From IMG/VR virus record IMGVR_UViG_2854395284_000001, positions 1-64,000 of that record: a DNA stretch of 64,000 nt; one strand, written 5' to 3'. Positions 1 to 11,100 of this stretch are shown piece after piece. The position numbers and the translations under genes are program-made. The notes below the pieces were generated by a model. It searched no databases. It was not told the origin of the DNA and saw only the letters and a list, made by a program, of their open reading frames with translations. Every line of letters begins with the position of its first letter. Within the stretch, counting starts at the first letter, position 1. This DNA is from a virus (Duplodnaviria; Caudoviricetes).

Positions 1-151
1 GGCAGAACCAACAGTTTTGCCCTTTTTAGGCTCAAGGAGGTTGCCTTGAAACATAGTATATTTTTTACTCCATTTTTGGAGATGTGTAATTATAAATATT
101 AAAAAGTCTGGAAACCCGCATAAACACTGGATTTTTTCTTTCCCAGATTTT

Positions 152-262
152 CCCAAAAACAACAGGATTTGGGTACTTATTCTTACACACGCCCAAAAAC
201 AAGCATTTTTGGGTACTTTTCGAAACACACATAATTCATTTTTGGGTAACTTTTTCGACACA
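152..262. repeat. Three imperfect direct repeats (TTTGGGTA(A)CTT..ACACA) upstream of tnsA; candidate TnsB-binding sites of a Tn7-like end
   Basis: Copies at ~168, ~208 and ~241; the first two are preceded by CCCAAAAACAA (40-bp period). Position upstream of tnsA is where Tn7-like elements have an end. Confidence 0.6.
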
Positions 263-283
263 TAAAATCAAAGGAGGTACACT

Positions 284-628
284 ATGTACAAGAAAAACTA
301 CAAAGGACGCTGTGAGAAAAAGTCTCTTTCTAAATGTGACACGATCTGCCGATGCTATAGCACCATCCAATCTGCTTATGCAGACAAACTGGAAACCGAT
401 CCATCTGTTCAATCCTTTCAATGTAACACGCCACTCGAAGATGAAGACTACACAACAGACTTCCTTATTACACGACAGGACGGCACGCAATATGTCCGAG
501 AGTGTGTAGAACGAAGTCATCTGACCAAGCCAAAGCCACTTACAATCAAACTTCTGGACACATCACGTTCCTACTGGCTTGCCCATAACGTTCAAGATTG
601 GGGGATTGTAACAGATGCAGAAAGCTGA
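284..628 (+). CDS. tnsA: TnsA-like endonuclease, N-terminal domain only (114 aa)
   Basis: YTTDFLIT...YVREC motif, 'YW..HNVQDWGIVT' C-terminus, AAGGAGG RBS, upstream of a DDE transposase. Confidence 0.7.
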   Translation: MYKKNYKGRCEKKSLSKCDTICRCYSTIQSAYADKLETDPSVQSFQCNTPLEDEDYTTDFLITRQDGTQYVRECVERSHLTKPKPLTIKLLDTSRSYWLAHNVQDWGIVTDAES

Positions 629-2348
629 TATAGCCTATATCAATAACACGTTCTACAGAATTTTAAAGACATCAGATAACCAAACCCTTGTAATTGACTG
701 TCTCCATCCGAAAATGCCATTCTGGACGCTCAGAACGCAATATACCCCATTGCCAGAGAAGCAATTATATGATGCACTCAACATCGCCCCACCAGCCGAA
801 CAGGAGCTTACATCCGATCAGATGCGCATTGCACATGAGCGGTACACACTGATTGCACCGATCCTATACCACTTAGGAGAAAGCACAGCAACTGCAAACA
901 TCATCTCTTCCATCTCAGAGGAGCATAACATCAGTAAGCAGACTATCCGCCGCTATCTGTATCAGTATCTAATCTTTCAGACCGTCACTGTACTTGCACC
1001 AAAAGTTCATACGAAAGAAAAAGTGCTGACCAAAGATGAGAAAAACATGAGATGGGCATTGAATAAGTTCTTCTATACACGCAGACAAAACAGTCTTGTT
1101 ACAGCATATGAAATGATGTTAAAAGAAAAGTATTGTGACAGCACGGGACAGCTCTTGCCCGATCATCCATCCTTTTACCAGTTCCGATACTTTTACCGGA
1201 AGACTAAGAAGCTCCAAACTTATTATATTTCTCGTGATGGACTGTCAAATTACCAGCGGAACAATCGTCCCTTGCTAGGAGATGGTATCCGTGAGTTTGC
1301 AACCAATATCGGCACTGGTATGTTTGATTCCACAGTATGTGATATCTACCTTATTGACGAAACAGGTACCTTAAAAGGTCGTCCGATCCTAACCACTTGC
1401 ATTGATGCTTACAGTAGTATGTGTTATGGCTATGTTCTCTCATGGAATAACGATACAAAGAGTTTATGCCATCTGCTCCAAAATATACTTACCGACAAAA
1501 CAGAATGGTGTAGAAAGTTCGGTATCCCACTAGACAAATCCCAGTGGAACGTGCAAGAGTTACCGGGCATCTTTGTAACTGATATGGGACGGGAATACAC
1601 ATCAGAATCCTTTGCGCAGATTACAGAAACAGGCGTGACCATGGTAAATCTTCCACCATACAGACCAGAGCTGAAAGGTGCTGTAGAGAAATTCTTTGAC
1701 ATCATTCAATCCATGTATAAACCACTTCTCAAGGGCAAAGGTGTGATTGATCCGGACTTCCAGGAACGAGGTGCAAGAGATTACAGATTAGATGCTTGTC
1801 TTACCATGTATGATTTCGAAAAGATTGTCCTGCGCTGCATCGTTTACTATAACAGTCAACGGCTCATAGAACGATTCCCTTACACACAATCTATGATTCA
1901 TGATGGAATAAAGCCATATGCGGCCAGTATATGGGAATGGGGAAGACGACAACCAGGCGCAAATTTAATTTCATTCCCGCATGATACCGCGAAAATAATC
2001 CTATATCTGCTCCCACGTACCATTGGGACATTCACTAGGCGTGGTCTAGTGGTAAATGGGATGCGGTATAAACGGGATGATTGCGCCGAAAGATTCCTGC
2101 AAGGTGGAGATGTTAAGGTTGCTTACGATCCAGATGATGTATCTGTAGTATGGACAGTAGAGAAGGGCGATTTCATGCCGTTCGTATTGGTTGAAAGCAG
2201 ATATAAAAGCAGAAGATTAGATGAAGTAGAGCAGATCAAAAAACAGAGCAAATCAACACTACGTTCTGAACAAAATAATGCAAGACAGGCGAAAATTGAT
2301 TTGATGAATGAGATCGAGTTGATTGCTAGGGGAGGAGTTAAAAGATGA
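615..2348 (+). CDS. tnsB: TnsB-like DDE transposase
   Basis: HTH 'ISKQTIRRYL'; catalytic segments FDSTVCD, VTDMGREY, KGAVEKFF; Mu-transposase-like C-terminus (VAYDPDDVS). Confidence 0.9.
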   Translation: MQKADIAYINNTFYRILKTSDNQTLVIDCLHPKMPFWTLRTQYTPLPEKQLYDALNIAPPAEQELTSDQMRIAHERYTLIAPILYHLGESTATANIISSISEEHNISKQTIRRYLYQYLIFQTVTVLAPKVHTKEKVLTKDEKNMRWALNKFFYTRRQNSLVTAYEMMLKEKYCDSTGQLLPDHPSFYQFRYFYRKTKKLQTYYISRDGLSNYQRNNRPLLGDGIREFATNIGTGMFDSTVCDIYLIDETGTLKGRPILTTCIDAYSSMCYGYVLSWNNDTKSLCHLLQNILTDKTEWCRKFGIPLDKSQWNVQELPGIFVTDMGREYTSESFAQITETGVTMVNLPPYRPELKGAVEKFFDIIQSMYKPLLKGKGVIDPDFQERGARDYRLDACLTMYDFEKIVLRCIVYYNSQRLIERFPYTQSMIHDGIKPYAASIWEWGRRQPGANLISFPHDTAKIILYLLPRTIGTFTRRGLVVNGMRYKRDDCAERFLQGGDVKVAYDPDDVSVVWTVEKGDFMPFVLVESRYKSRRLDEVEQIKKQSKSTLRSEQNNARQAKIDLMNEIELIARGGVKR

Positions 2349-3553
2349 ACGGTAAATTACTTTCACAATTGCCTGATTTTTTATGTGAAAACGAATTAGT
2401 AGAACGACTGAAGATATTACCAAACTATAATATAAACATTGCCAATGAAACAATGCCAACTCGTCTTCTGGCGTTATCAGAGTTATATGATATTTATATT
2501 CCATCACAATTATCTGTTGATGTATATAATAAATTGTATATGGCATTACTCAGATCGATTAAGAAAAAAGAAAATGATATGATGGTAAAACAGCAAAGAA
2601 TCGAAAATACAACAAACACCATACAAACGTACAATGGTATTATAGGTGGTGCTGATTCGTTTACAATCATTGGAGTTTCTGGCATAGGGAAGAGTAGTGC
2701 TATTACCAGAGCGATCTCATTGATTTTCGGAAATCATTTTATCGAAACAACAGACCCATATCAACGAATTGCTCCTTTTATACTTGTGCAATGCCCATTT
2801 GACTCTTCTGTAAAAAGTCTATTGTTAGAAATCGTTCGTATTCTTGATGCTACATTGGATGGAGATTATTTACAGGTAGCACAACGGTATACTACGGATA
2901 GACTAATCGGTTTTGTTAGCCAAATATGTTTAAATCATGTTGGGGTACTTATTGTTGATGAGATTCAAAATGTAGTTAATAATAAAAACGGTGATAAACT
3001 TATTGGGGCATTAACACAGATTATAAATAGTAGCGGAATTAGTGTATGCATGGTTGGAACACCAGAATGTCTACATTGGTTTGAAAGTGCACCACATCTG
3101 GAACGAAGGACAATAGGCTTGCGATATTTACAAACTGATTATGATGATGATTTTATACATTTTTGCAAAAATCTATTAAAATTTCAATATGTACAACAAT
3201 ACACAGAACCATCAGAAAAATTTATAAATTGGTTGTATGCTCATTCAAACGGAGTGACGTCAACTGTTGTATCATTATTTTATAGAGCACAGGAATTAGC
3301 CATTATGAGTAACACAGAGAAATTAAGTATTGATATTTTTAATGCGTCATACAATGGGCTGATGTCTATGCAAGTAGAAAAAGTGCAAAAGAAAAATAGT
3401 CAAACGGTCAATAAATCACATAAAAAAATAACAATTCATCATTCGAATGGTGTTAATATTGCTGACTTATACAATTATTCACAATCAAATAACTATGATC
3501 TCTTAACTCTTATTAAAAATACTTTTACTGTTGAAGAGGTAGAAATATGTTAA
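2345..3553 (+). CDS. tnsC: TnsC-like AAA+ ATPase
   Basis: Walker A GVSGIGKS, Walker B LIVDEIQ. Confidence 0.9.
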   Translation: MNGKLLSQLPDFLCENELVERLKILPNYNINIANETMPTRLLALSELYDIYIPSQLSVDVYNKLYMALLRSIKKKENDMMVKQQRIENTTNTIQTYNGIIGGADSFTIIGVSGIGKSSAITRAISLIFGNHFIETTDPYQRIAPFILVQCPFDSSVKSLLLEIVRILDATLDGDYLQVAQRYTTDRLIGFVSQICLNHVGVLIVDEIQNVVNNKNGDKLIGALTQIINSSGISVCMVGTPECLHWFESAPHLERRTIGLRYLQTDYDDDFIHFCKNLLKFQYVQQYTEPSEKFINWLYAHSNGVTSTVVSLFYRAQELAIMSNTEKLSIDIFNASYNGLMSMQVEKVQKKNSQTVNKSHKKITIHHSNGVNIADLYNYSQSNNYDLLTLIKNTFTVEEVEIC

Positions 3554-5031
3554 ATTATTTTCCTAAAATATATGACTATGAATTGTTCTATAGCATATAT
3601 TCAAGATTGAAACAAGATATAAATGTACAGAGTAATCAATCTTTTAAAGAAATCGTGTTTAAACGACCGAATGAATACATCGAAATATTTTATATAAACG
3701 AACCAAGTGATGTACTACGTTCTTTTATATCGAAAAATTATATTATTAATGACTTATACTATAACCATACTATGTTTTTTTACTGGTCTGTATTTCTAAA
3801 CGAATCGGATAAAGAAAATGCGTTGAGAAAGCTCATATCAAATGACAAAAGTTTTTTAGAATACCTTTCCCCAAGACCAAAACATAAACATCAAAAAATA
3901 TTTCTAAAATATTGTCCGTTATGTGCAAAAGAAAATCGAGAGCAATATCACGAAACATATTGGAATGCTTTCCATCAAATTCCAGAAATTAATGTTTGTG
4001 TAATTCATGGATGTAAACTCAAAAATTCATCGGTTCATGTTAACAATTCAAGAATAATATATTTTCTAACGGCTGAAAATTGCATTAATGATGATTATTC
4101 ATATGATATGGGAACCATCGGTGAAATCAAGGCTGCAAAATACCTATATCAATTAGTAGTAAGAAAACAGAGTCTTAAGAACGGTATTACGATGTTTGAC
4201 GTATTTTACAGGAAGTTAATTCAAAATAAATATATCAATCAGCTTTCATGGCTCCAACACAAGTCTGTATTTTTAGATAATTTTAAACAATATTTATCTG
4301 ATAATAACATAAAGGAGGCTTGTCAAATAAAAGCAATGAGTAGTATATTCTTAAATAAAGCGAATCCACTTAGAACAATTCATATATTGTTATTTTTAGA
4401 TATACAAATATCTGATATTTTTGTATGCAAAACGGCGAAACAAATTGATTCGGAATTAATTGAAAGAATTCGATCAGAGTATACAAAAGATAATGGTATA
4501 AACAAACTTGCGAAACAATATCATATTTTACCTTATAATGTAAGTAAAATAATTAATGGTCAATATGAAGTTGAAAAACAAAAATTAATAAGCCAAAATT
4601 ATGCGTATAGTAGCAGTAGGAATATACCGCCTAAAGGAAAGAGGTATTCTGAATTAGATAAAAAGTATTATCCTAAAATTGAATATTATATTGGCTTATA
4701 TTTTAAGAATTCTGACAAAGTTAGAAGATTAACTGTAGGAGGATTTAATGTTTTCATGCAACAAATTTGTCAAGACATCAGAAGAAATGATTTTTATTAT
4801 ATGCCACAATGCTATAAGTATATTAAAACAAAAGAAAAACCAATAGAGGATTATTGGGTCGATAAAATAAAATATATTGTCGATCAAATTGACAGCGATT
4901 ATATTTCATATAGCGAATTGAAGGGTATGGTACACATAATAGAAAAAAATATGATAAAAGCCATGGATATACTACAATACAGATATCCTGAAACGTACCT
5001 AAAAATACAGAAAAATAATAAAAAAGCGTAA
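3547..5031 (+). CDS. tniQ: TniQ/TnsD-family target selector
   Basis: N-terminal FPKIYDYELFYS; zinc motif YCPLC...WNAFHQIP..VCVIH; 494 aa is TnsD-like length. Confidence 0.85.
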   Translation: MLNYFPKIYDYELFYSIYSRLKQDINVQSNQSFKEIVFKRPNEYIEIFYINEPSDVLRSFISKNYIINDLYYNHTMFFYWSVFLNESDKENALRKLISNDKSFLEYLSPRPKHKHQKIFLKYCPLCAKENREQYHETYWNAFHQIPEINVCVIHGCKLKNSSVHVNNSRIIYFLTAENCINDDYSYDMGTIGEIKAAKYLYQLVVRKQSLKNGITMFDVFYRKLIQNKYINQLSWLQHKSVFLDNFKQYLSDNNIKEACQIKAMSSIFLNKANPLRTIHILLFLDIQISDIFVCKTAKQIDSELIERIRSEYTKDNGINKLAKQYHILPYNVSKIINGQYEVEKQKLISQNYAYSSSRNIPPKGKRYSELDKKYYPKIEYYIGLYFKNSDKVRRLTVGGFNVFMQQICQDIRRNDFYYMPQCYKYIKTKEKPIEDYWVDKIKYIVDQIDSDYISYSELKGMVHIIEKNMIKAMDILQYRYPETYLKIQKNNKKA

Positions 5032-5035
5032 AAAA

Positions 5036-5069
5036 ATGGGGAATACCAAAATTAATTGATATTCCCCAT
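5036..5069. terminator. Hairpin between convergent tniQ and endolysin, likely terminator
   Basis: ATGGGGAATA/TATTCCCCAT 10-bp inverted repeat flanked by A runs. Confidence 0.65.
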
Positions 5070-5211
5070 AAAATTATTGCATCATTTTATCGTATATGAT
5101 ATACTATTTTTGCACTGATGAAACGGTTGTTTCATATGATGGTGAAAAAAGAAAAATTTCTTTTCTGGCTGCCTGATGAGGGTGGCTTTTCTTATTTCAC
5201 GCATGTATTTA

Positions 5212-6966
5212 TTATAATCTAACACAGCATTCAATTGCTATCCATCCTGCACCAGATTTCAATTTACCCCATGTATATCCATCAGCAGTTTTTGTTTCTG
5301 TGATAGTATATGTTCCAATAGGGCAAGAACCAATAGCAATTCTAGCGCTTAGACCAGCAGAAGCACGAACTCTGATGCCATTTTCCTTAACTGCAATTTG
5401 AAATTCTTTATTTACAACAGTGCTATGCTTATCCAAAACACCGACATAGGTACAAAAATCTTTGTCAATGCAAATCCAACCTGCACCTGATTTTAGCTTA
5501 CCCCAGTATGTATTTTTGATTTCAGTGATATTATAAGTTCCTTTGTCACGAATGCTTCCAGTTGCGCTTGCCTTGCTGGATGCATCGCTTCTAATTGTTA
5601 AAGCATCACAATTAACTTTATATTTTCCTACTTTGTATACAGGTGTAGCTGGCTTTACGGTTGGTTTAGGCACTGGTTTATTTGCAGTGGCTACTACACC
5701 AACATACGTACAATATTCATCCGAAACATTGATCCAGCCAGCTCCAGATTTTAGTTTACCCCAACAATTATTCTTAATCTCTGTTATAGTATACTCGCCA
5801 CGATCTCGAATAGTATTGACAACTTTTGAATTAACAGTTGCATCCGATCTGATATGAAGATCACAATTTACCTTATACATACCAACTTTATATGTTTTTG
5901 TTTGTGCTGGTGTGGACGGTGCAACAGTAGGAGTAGAAGTAGAACCTAGCTTTGCTTTAAATTCGCTCCATGTCCAAGAAGTTTTATATTTATTGTTAGT
6001 AACATATGGAGCAGGACAATATTTGTTAACAACATCATAATGTCTAAGAATGTGATCAGCTCCTACGCCTAATTTATCCATAAGATATTTGACTAACTTC
6101 ACACACGATTCTTGAGTTTCCGTAGTAAAATACCATTTTGGATCTTCAGCTGATTTTCCTGTTCCATCACATTTTGGACACATTTCAATTCCAATTGTAT
6201 TATTGTTTCTAGCATATTTATGTTTTTGTGTATAGTATCCAGCAGTTCCGACTTGCCATAAGATCGCATCAAGACTTGCTGCTTGATAAATTGTTCCATC
6301 CCAGTAAATATAGAAATGCGCACCACAACCATCAGCATCAATTCTATTATTCTGACCAGCAACACCTAAATAGTGTATGCCAATATATTGTTTTGCATTT
6401 CCCCATTGAGGTACATAATTTTTGCTTGCATTAGTCACATCTATAATATTTATACTCATATTTTCCTCCTGTACATCAAAGCGAGTTAAATTCCAACGTT
6501 CAATCAAACTACATAATTTGTCTACATATTTCACATCTGTCGCATAACCACCCTCTTTAATAAGTTGTGCTGCCTTTTTATAATCTTTACATCCAGATAA
6601 TCCCTGATAACGTTTTACAGATCCATTCATCGCACCATTTAGATAACAAGAATGATCTTTGATACTAGATAAAATATCTGGATATTCTCTAAAATCAGCA
6701 GTAACGACATATATTGTTCCGTCTTTTGTTTGTTCATTCGTTTTCTTGGTATATTTACTTTTCCCGTCCCAAACAGATTTCCATGTATTGCCAGAAAGAG
6801 TGGTTTTCATACCAAATAAATTGTTTGCATTTTTAGCGAGTTCAGTAGTTCCATATCCAGATTCCAAACATGCCTGAGCAGTAGTAATAGATGCCAAAAT
6901 GCCACTTGTTTTCATATCTTCTGCTGCAAGTTTTTCGATTTTTTCAACAAATTCTTGTTCTGTCAT
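5212..6966 (-). CDS. Endolysin: GH73 glucosaminidase + Amidase_2 + three SH3-like cell-wall-binding repeats
   Basis: AQACLESGYG..NNLFGMK..GYATD; IHY..AHF..IGIEMC..RHYDV..KYCP; WGKLKSGAGWI x3. Start moved to MTEQEF, which follows an RBS. Confidence 0.9.
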   Translation of the reverse strand: MTEQEFVEKIEKLAAEDMKTSGILASITTAQACLESGYGTTELAKNANNLFGMKTTLSGNTWKSVWDGKSKYTKKTNEQTKDGTIYVVTADFREYPDILSSIKDHSCYLNGAMNGSVKRYQGLSGCKDYKKAAQLIKEGGYATDVKYVDKLCSLIERWNLTRFDVQEENMSINIIDVTNASKNYVPQWGNAKQYIGIHYLGVAGQNNRIDADGCGAHFYIYWDGTIYQAASLDAILWQVGTAGYYTQKHKYARNNNTIGIEMCPKCDGTGKSAEDPKWYFTTETQESCVKLVKYLMDKLGVGADHILRHYDVVNKYCPAPYVTNNKYKTSWTWSEFKAKLGSTSTPTVAPSTPAQTKTYKVGMYKVNCDLHIRSDATVNSKVVNTIRDRGEYTITEIKNNCWGKLKSGAGWINVSDEYCTYVGVVATANKPVPKPTVKPATPVYKVGKYKVNCDALTIRSDASSKASATGSIRDKGTYNITEIKNTYWGKLKSGAGWICIDKDFCTYVGVLDKHSTVVNKEFQIAVKENGIRVRASAGLSARIAIGSCPIGTYTITETKTADGYTWGKLKSGAGWIAIECCVRL

Positions 6967-7039
6967 ATAACACACCTTCTTTCGTTGTAAAAAAAATAAG
7001 AGGTACATTTCTGTTCCTCTTATAAAAAATGATTAATTA

Positions 7040-7365
7040 TTTCATTATAAAAATTGTTTTCCCAAAAATTTTATAATACGGGTTTTCTGCTTCTTTTTCA
7101 TTGCTTTTTATGGTATAATAAGAGCAGTGAAAAAGGAGCAGAAAACATATGGCTGGCAATTCAAAAGATTCAAAAATCCTTGCGTACAAGGACATGATCA
7201 ACCAACTGAATAAGACGATTTCCACACAGACAGAACTGATCCAGTCTTTACAAAAAACATTGGAAGCAGACCGGCTGGAAAAAGAAAACCTTCATCAGCA
7301 GATTGAATATCTCACGAAGAAACTTTTTGGTACTTCCAGTGAAAAACGGAAAGATATCGATGTCC
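7040..7365 (+). pseudogene. IS66-family remnant: N-terminal leucine-zipper fragment of TnpC with its upstream region
   Basis: ORF 7149-7382 'QQIEYLTKKLFGTSSEK' matches the IS66 TnpC N-terminus and stops abruptly. Boundaries approximate. Confidence 0.75.
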
Positions 7366-7542
7366 ACTTGAATCAAATGTAGCAGTAGCAGCATATTTTA
7401 CGGATTTTTCTGCATCTGACGTATTATCTACTTTTGAAAGACCGACTTCTGATTTTGTATGAGAATGTTGTTTTGTAGCAAATATTGACTTCAATTTTAA
7501 CAATAAATGAGATAAACCTTGTTCATTTAACTTTTTGCTCAT
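7366..7542 (-). pseudogene. Truncated tail-fibre-related gene
   Basis: Strong RBS (GGAGG); HSHTKSEVGLSKVDNTSDAEK phage tail repeat; runs into the IS66 fragment after ~55 codons. Confidence 0.6.
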
Positions 7543-7621
7543 TACTCCCTCCTTTCTATTTTATATCATCCCTTGACAATAATTGATAATATGGTAAATT
7601 AATAGTAAGGGAGATGATTGT

Positions 7622-7867
7622 ATGTATAATAAACAAAATCTAATACCAGTACCAGTAATTGCGTCTTTCGATACAGAAGGAAGAGTCATGCCTTTGTATT
7701 TTAGATATAAAGAACATGGCTCTATTCCTGTAACAATGAAGACACAAGTAAAGTATATAACATATATTCAATTTACTTGTGAATGCGAGATAGATTATCA
7801 AATGCACCAAATATATTTAATATATGAATGGGGCGAGCGGAAATGGTATGTAAAGAATATGTATTAA
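7622..7867 (+). CDS. Hypothetical 81-aa protein, antisense moron with own promoter
   Basis: TTGACA at 7573, TG-TAAATT -10 box and GGAGA RBS upstream. Confidence 0.7.
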   Translation: MYNKQNLIPVPVIASFDTEGRVMPLYFRYKEHGSIPVTMKTQVKYITYIQFTCECEIDYQMHQIYLIYEWGERKWYVKNMY

Positions 7868-7868
7868 A

Positions 7869-8144
7869 TTATTTCGATACAGTGTTTGTGTTTTCTGCTT
7901 CTAGCTTTGCAATATATTCATCATATTCAGTCCAGATATCATTTTCAAATTTATCAACAATATCATCAATAGCAGACTTATTTGCTCTATATTTTCTGCC
8001 ATTATTGATGTATCGGTTAATGATCGGTACATCTGGATGTTTTGCGTCCATGTTTGCGTCCATAGATATTACTGTTTCGCCATCTACAGTAATAATACCC
8101 GAATAATGAATATCCTTTGTGTAAGTTGCTTTTACTTCTGCCAT
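7869..8144 (-). CDS. Hypothetical phage protein downstream of tail fibre
   Basis: AGGAGG RBS, co-oriented with the late operon. Confidence 0.75.
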   Translation of the reverse strand: MAEVKATYTKDIHYSGIITVDGETVISMDANMDAKHPDVPIINRYINNGRKYRANKSAIDDIVDKFENDIWTEYDEYIAKLEAENTNTVSK

Positions 8145-8162
8145 AGTTCTGTCCTCCTAAAA

Positions 8163-11100
8163 TTAATTTGTATTCCCAGAGAGATTATCCCTCATGGTTT
8201 CAAGTTCACTTCTTAGATCTGCGACCTCTAACTCAAGATTCGATCTTCTTTGCTTTTCAAGCTGAAGTTCGTGTGTAATAAGCGCGATCAAGTTTGTATA
8301 TACCATCCCATATGTGTCATTGTAGCCATTTTCTGTCACTCGTTGATCGTGATGTACCAAATCCAGCTCGTCTTCACGAATTCCAAGCTCTTTCATAGCA
8401 TCCACGACATCTTGTGCCACAAATCCGAAACGAATTCGTTGATCGTCATTCACCATTTTATATTGTACTGGCTGAAGCCGATCAAAGAGTTCTGAATGAA
8501 TATCCACAGGATTGGCGTTGGAATGTTCCGAGTCGAGGCTCATGGTCGCTATTTGTGATTCCGTATCTGCACCCAATGGCTTAATATCATATTTTGCTTT
8601 TCTATCTGACATTATCTGTGTTGCATTTTTAGCCATCAATCTATCCCATAACTGTCCAGCGCCATTGTCACCAAGCAATACTTTTTCGGTATAACCTTTC
8701 GATGGGGAAAATGATCCCCTATATGTTCCTCCAGACCATCCACCAGCATAAACACCAACAGCACAATCATATCCATTTCGAATAGATGAAAATTCAACAA
8801 CGCCATCTGATATATCAATATCACCTTGCTTTGTCGTTTTTCCAGTGCTATCGGTAGTAGTGGCTGTCGCTCCGAATGTATTTTCTGCCGCCGATACCAT
8901 ACAATTACCGGTTGAAGTACTGCTGGTTAATACTGCTTGGTGAGTACTTCTTAATGCTACATAGTCACTTGACATTTCACATGCTTGATATCCGTAATAC
9001 TGTTTAGATTGTATTTTTCCAAGACCGCCACACAACTCAATAACCGAATCTTTTGTATTTTTTCCGAGCTGGATCAACTTATCACCATAATATGCAAGAG
9101 TTATTCCTGCCTGATTTATTATTTCAAACGCCGATGCCGAAATTTTGGTTCGATAACCAGACCAAGAGCCATCAGTTTTGTTTCCAATTTGTAAACCATT
9201 TCCAGAAGTAAACTCCATAAAGTTGGTTGCTGTTTTTGCTGCATTTTCTGAATTCATACGATATGCCAAATCCTGTAATGTTCCAGTTATTGGCTCGGTA
9301 GTCTGAGTTGTAGATGATGTTTCCCAAGATGTATATTTTCCTGCAATCGTATATGTCCCCCAGCTATATGCCCAAGGTAAATATACCCATACATCACATT
9401 TGTTTGAGGCTGTTGCTCGCACTTGAACTTTCAAGTCATCGCAGTTTTGTCTAGTTACACTAACTCCAAATGCTGAAGTTGTTGAAGCCGATGCTTGCCA
9501 TCCATCTTTGATTACGATTTCGGCTTGAGAGTTCTGTTGTGCATGTCCGTTATATCCGTTTCCGGTATAGATATTAATAATAAAATTACTATTATCCCCT
9601 GCTGATATAAGAGTTCCAAGTTTAGACCATACGAGCTGATTTGCGCCACCCGTCAGCGGGTAACACTTAATATCAGCTTCACCTTTCTCACCTTTCTCAC
9701 CTTTATCTCCTTTACTTCCGGTTGCTCCTTTGCTATTGACATACGCTAATAGTTTAATATTCACTGTGCCACCAGATACGGAAGTTACAAGCCATGTACC
9801 TGTATTTGATGATCCATCTAAACAAATAAATGTATCTCCGGCAAAAGGTGGTCTGTTAAAATCATTAGTACCGCATGTTGTTATTTGTCCAACACTCGTA
9901 TACGTTCCACTAAAGTTTCGCTTAACTTGTAGAGCAGCACTACCTGTTGCTCCTTTATCCCCTTTATCACCTTTGGCTCCAGTAGCACCTTTATCCCCTT
10001 TACTTCCCGTGACGCAAACTGCTGTTGTCGTTGAAGTCGTGTTGTCAGTATAGGTAATCACCGATCTCGTCCAAATATATTTACTGTTCTCCCATCCAGG
10101 ATAAGTCGTGCTCCACGATCCGCCGGACATGGCTGTTGCTGACGTTGATTTGTAATACTGTTCTACAATAGATTTAACGCCTTTACCGGTTGCACCAGTC
10201 CCTCCAGTATCTCCTTTATCACCTTTGGCTCCGGTTGCTCCCTGTGCTCCTGCAATGCAAACTCCATTTTGATTTGGCGAATACGTTCTGTTACCAGCTC
10301 CGTCCGTTGTTACCGTACGACTCCACATATACTTTCCATTAACCCATGTCGGCGCTGTCGTCGACCATGATCCACCAGAAAGTGATGTTGCCGATGTTGA
10401 AAGATAATACTCAACATCAACAAAAGATACATAATCCTCTGGAGCTGGTGTCCAGTCCGTGGCCATATTGCCTTTTTCGATCTTTAGGTTTTTAAACTGA
10501 TAGGAAACACCTGTTCCGCTATTCATTCCAGTGAAATATGTATTCTGTGAAGTTCCTCTAGGCAATGTTGCTGCTGATTTTACAACCCATACCAGTTTTG
10601 TCCATACATTCGCAACTGTTTTGTTGTTTACGGCTTTACATGATTGTATCAACATGTTTGAACTGTCACCATGTCTAAAGCTTGGATCCATCGATGTAGA
10701 AACGCTTGCTTTGACATCTACGGATACGGTATAATTCGTGTCAGCCTCCCATTTTGTGCGTCCAATATAAGAAAACTGTATTACAGACCATCCGGATTGT
10801 TTTACAGAATCTCGTGTAAGTTTACATGTATTAACCCCAGTTTCGGATACAGATTCTTTGGAATAGCCGCCAGTTTGCATTGACCAACTCCATCCGGTTG
10901 TTCCTTTGTTAGTATTCATTGCTAAATTTCGTCCGCCGACGACAATTCCTTCCGGTGTACTACCAACGTTGTAAGCAGTTGAAGTTGTATTATCCGTATA
11001 GGTGATGATCGTACGAGTCCAGAAATATGGTTTGTCCGCACTTGTCGCCGGAGGAGTTGCTGACCATACTCCAGTAGGGATCGTAGTTCCAGACGAACTT

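Larger units (their letters stand above)
152..5031 (+). mobile_element. Tn7-like transposition module tnsA-tnsB-tnsC-tniQ/tnsD; second end not seen
   Basis: Four overlapping ORFs in canonical Tn7 order with the expected motifs. Confidence 0.85.

Noticed and set aside
152-262. Spaced repeats near a Tn7-like element as a CRISPR array (CAST)
   Set aside because: Repeats are imperfect with no spacer-length unique sequence, and no cas genes are present.
5110-5185. Two CTGATGA motifs suggesting a hammerhead ribozyme
   Set aside because: No correctly placed stem II-GAAA and cleavage triplet; both motifs sit in simple hairpins.
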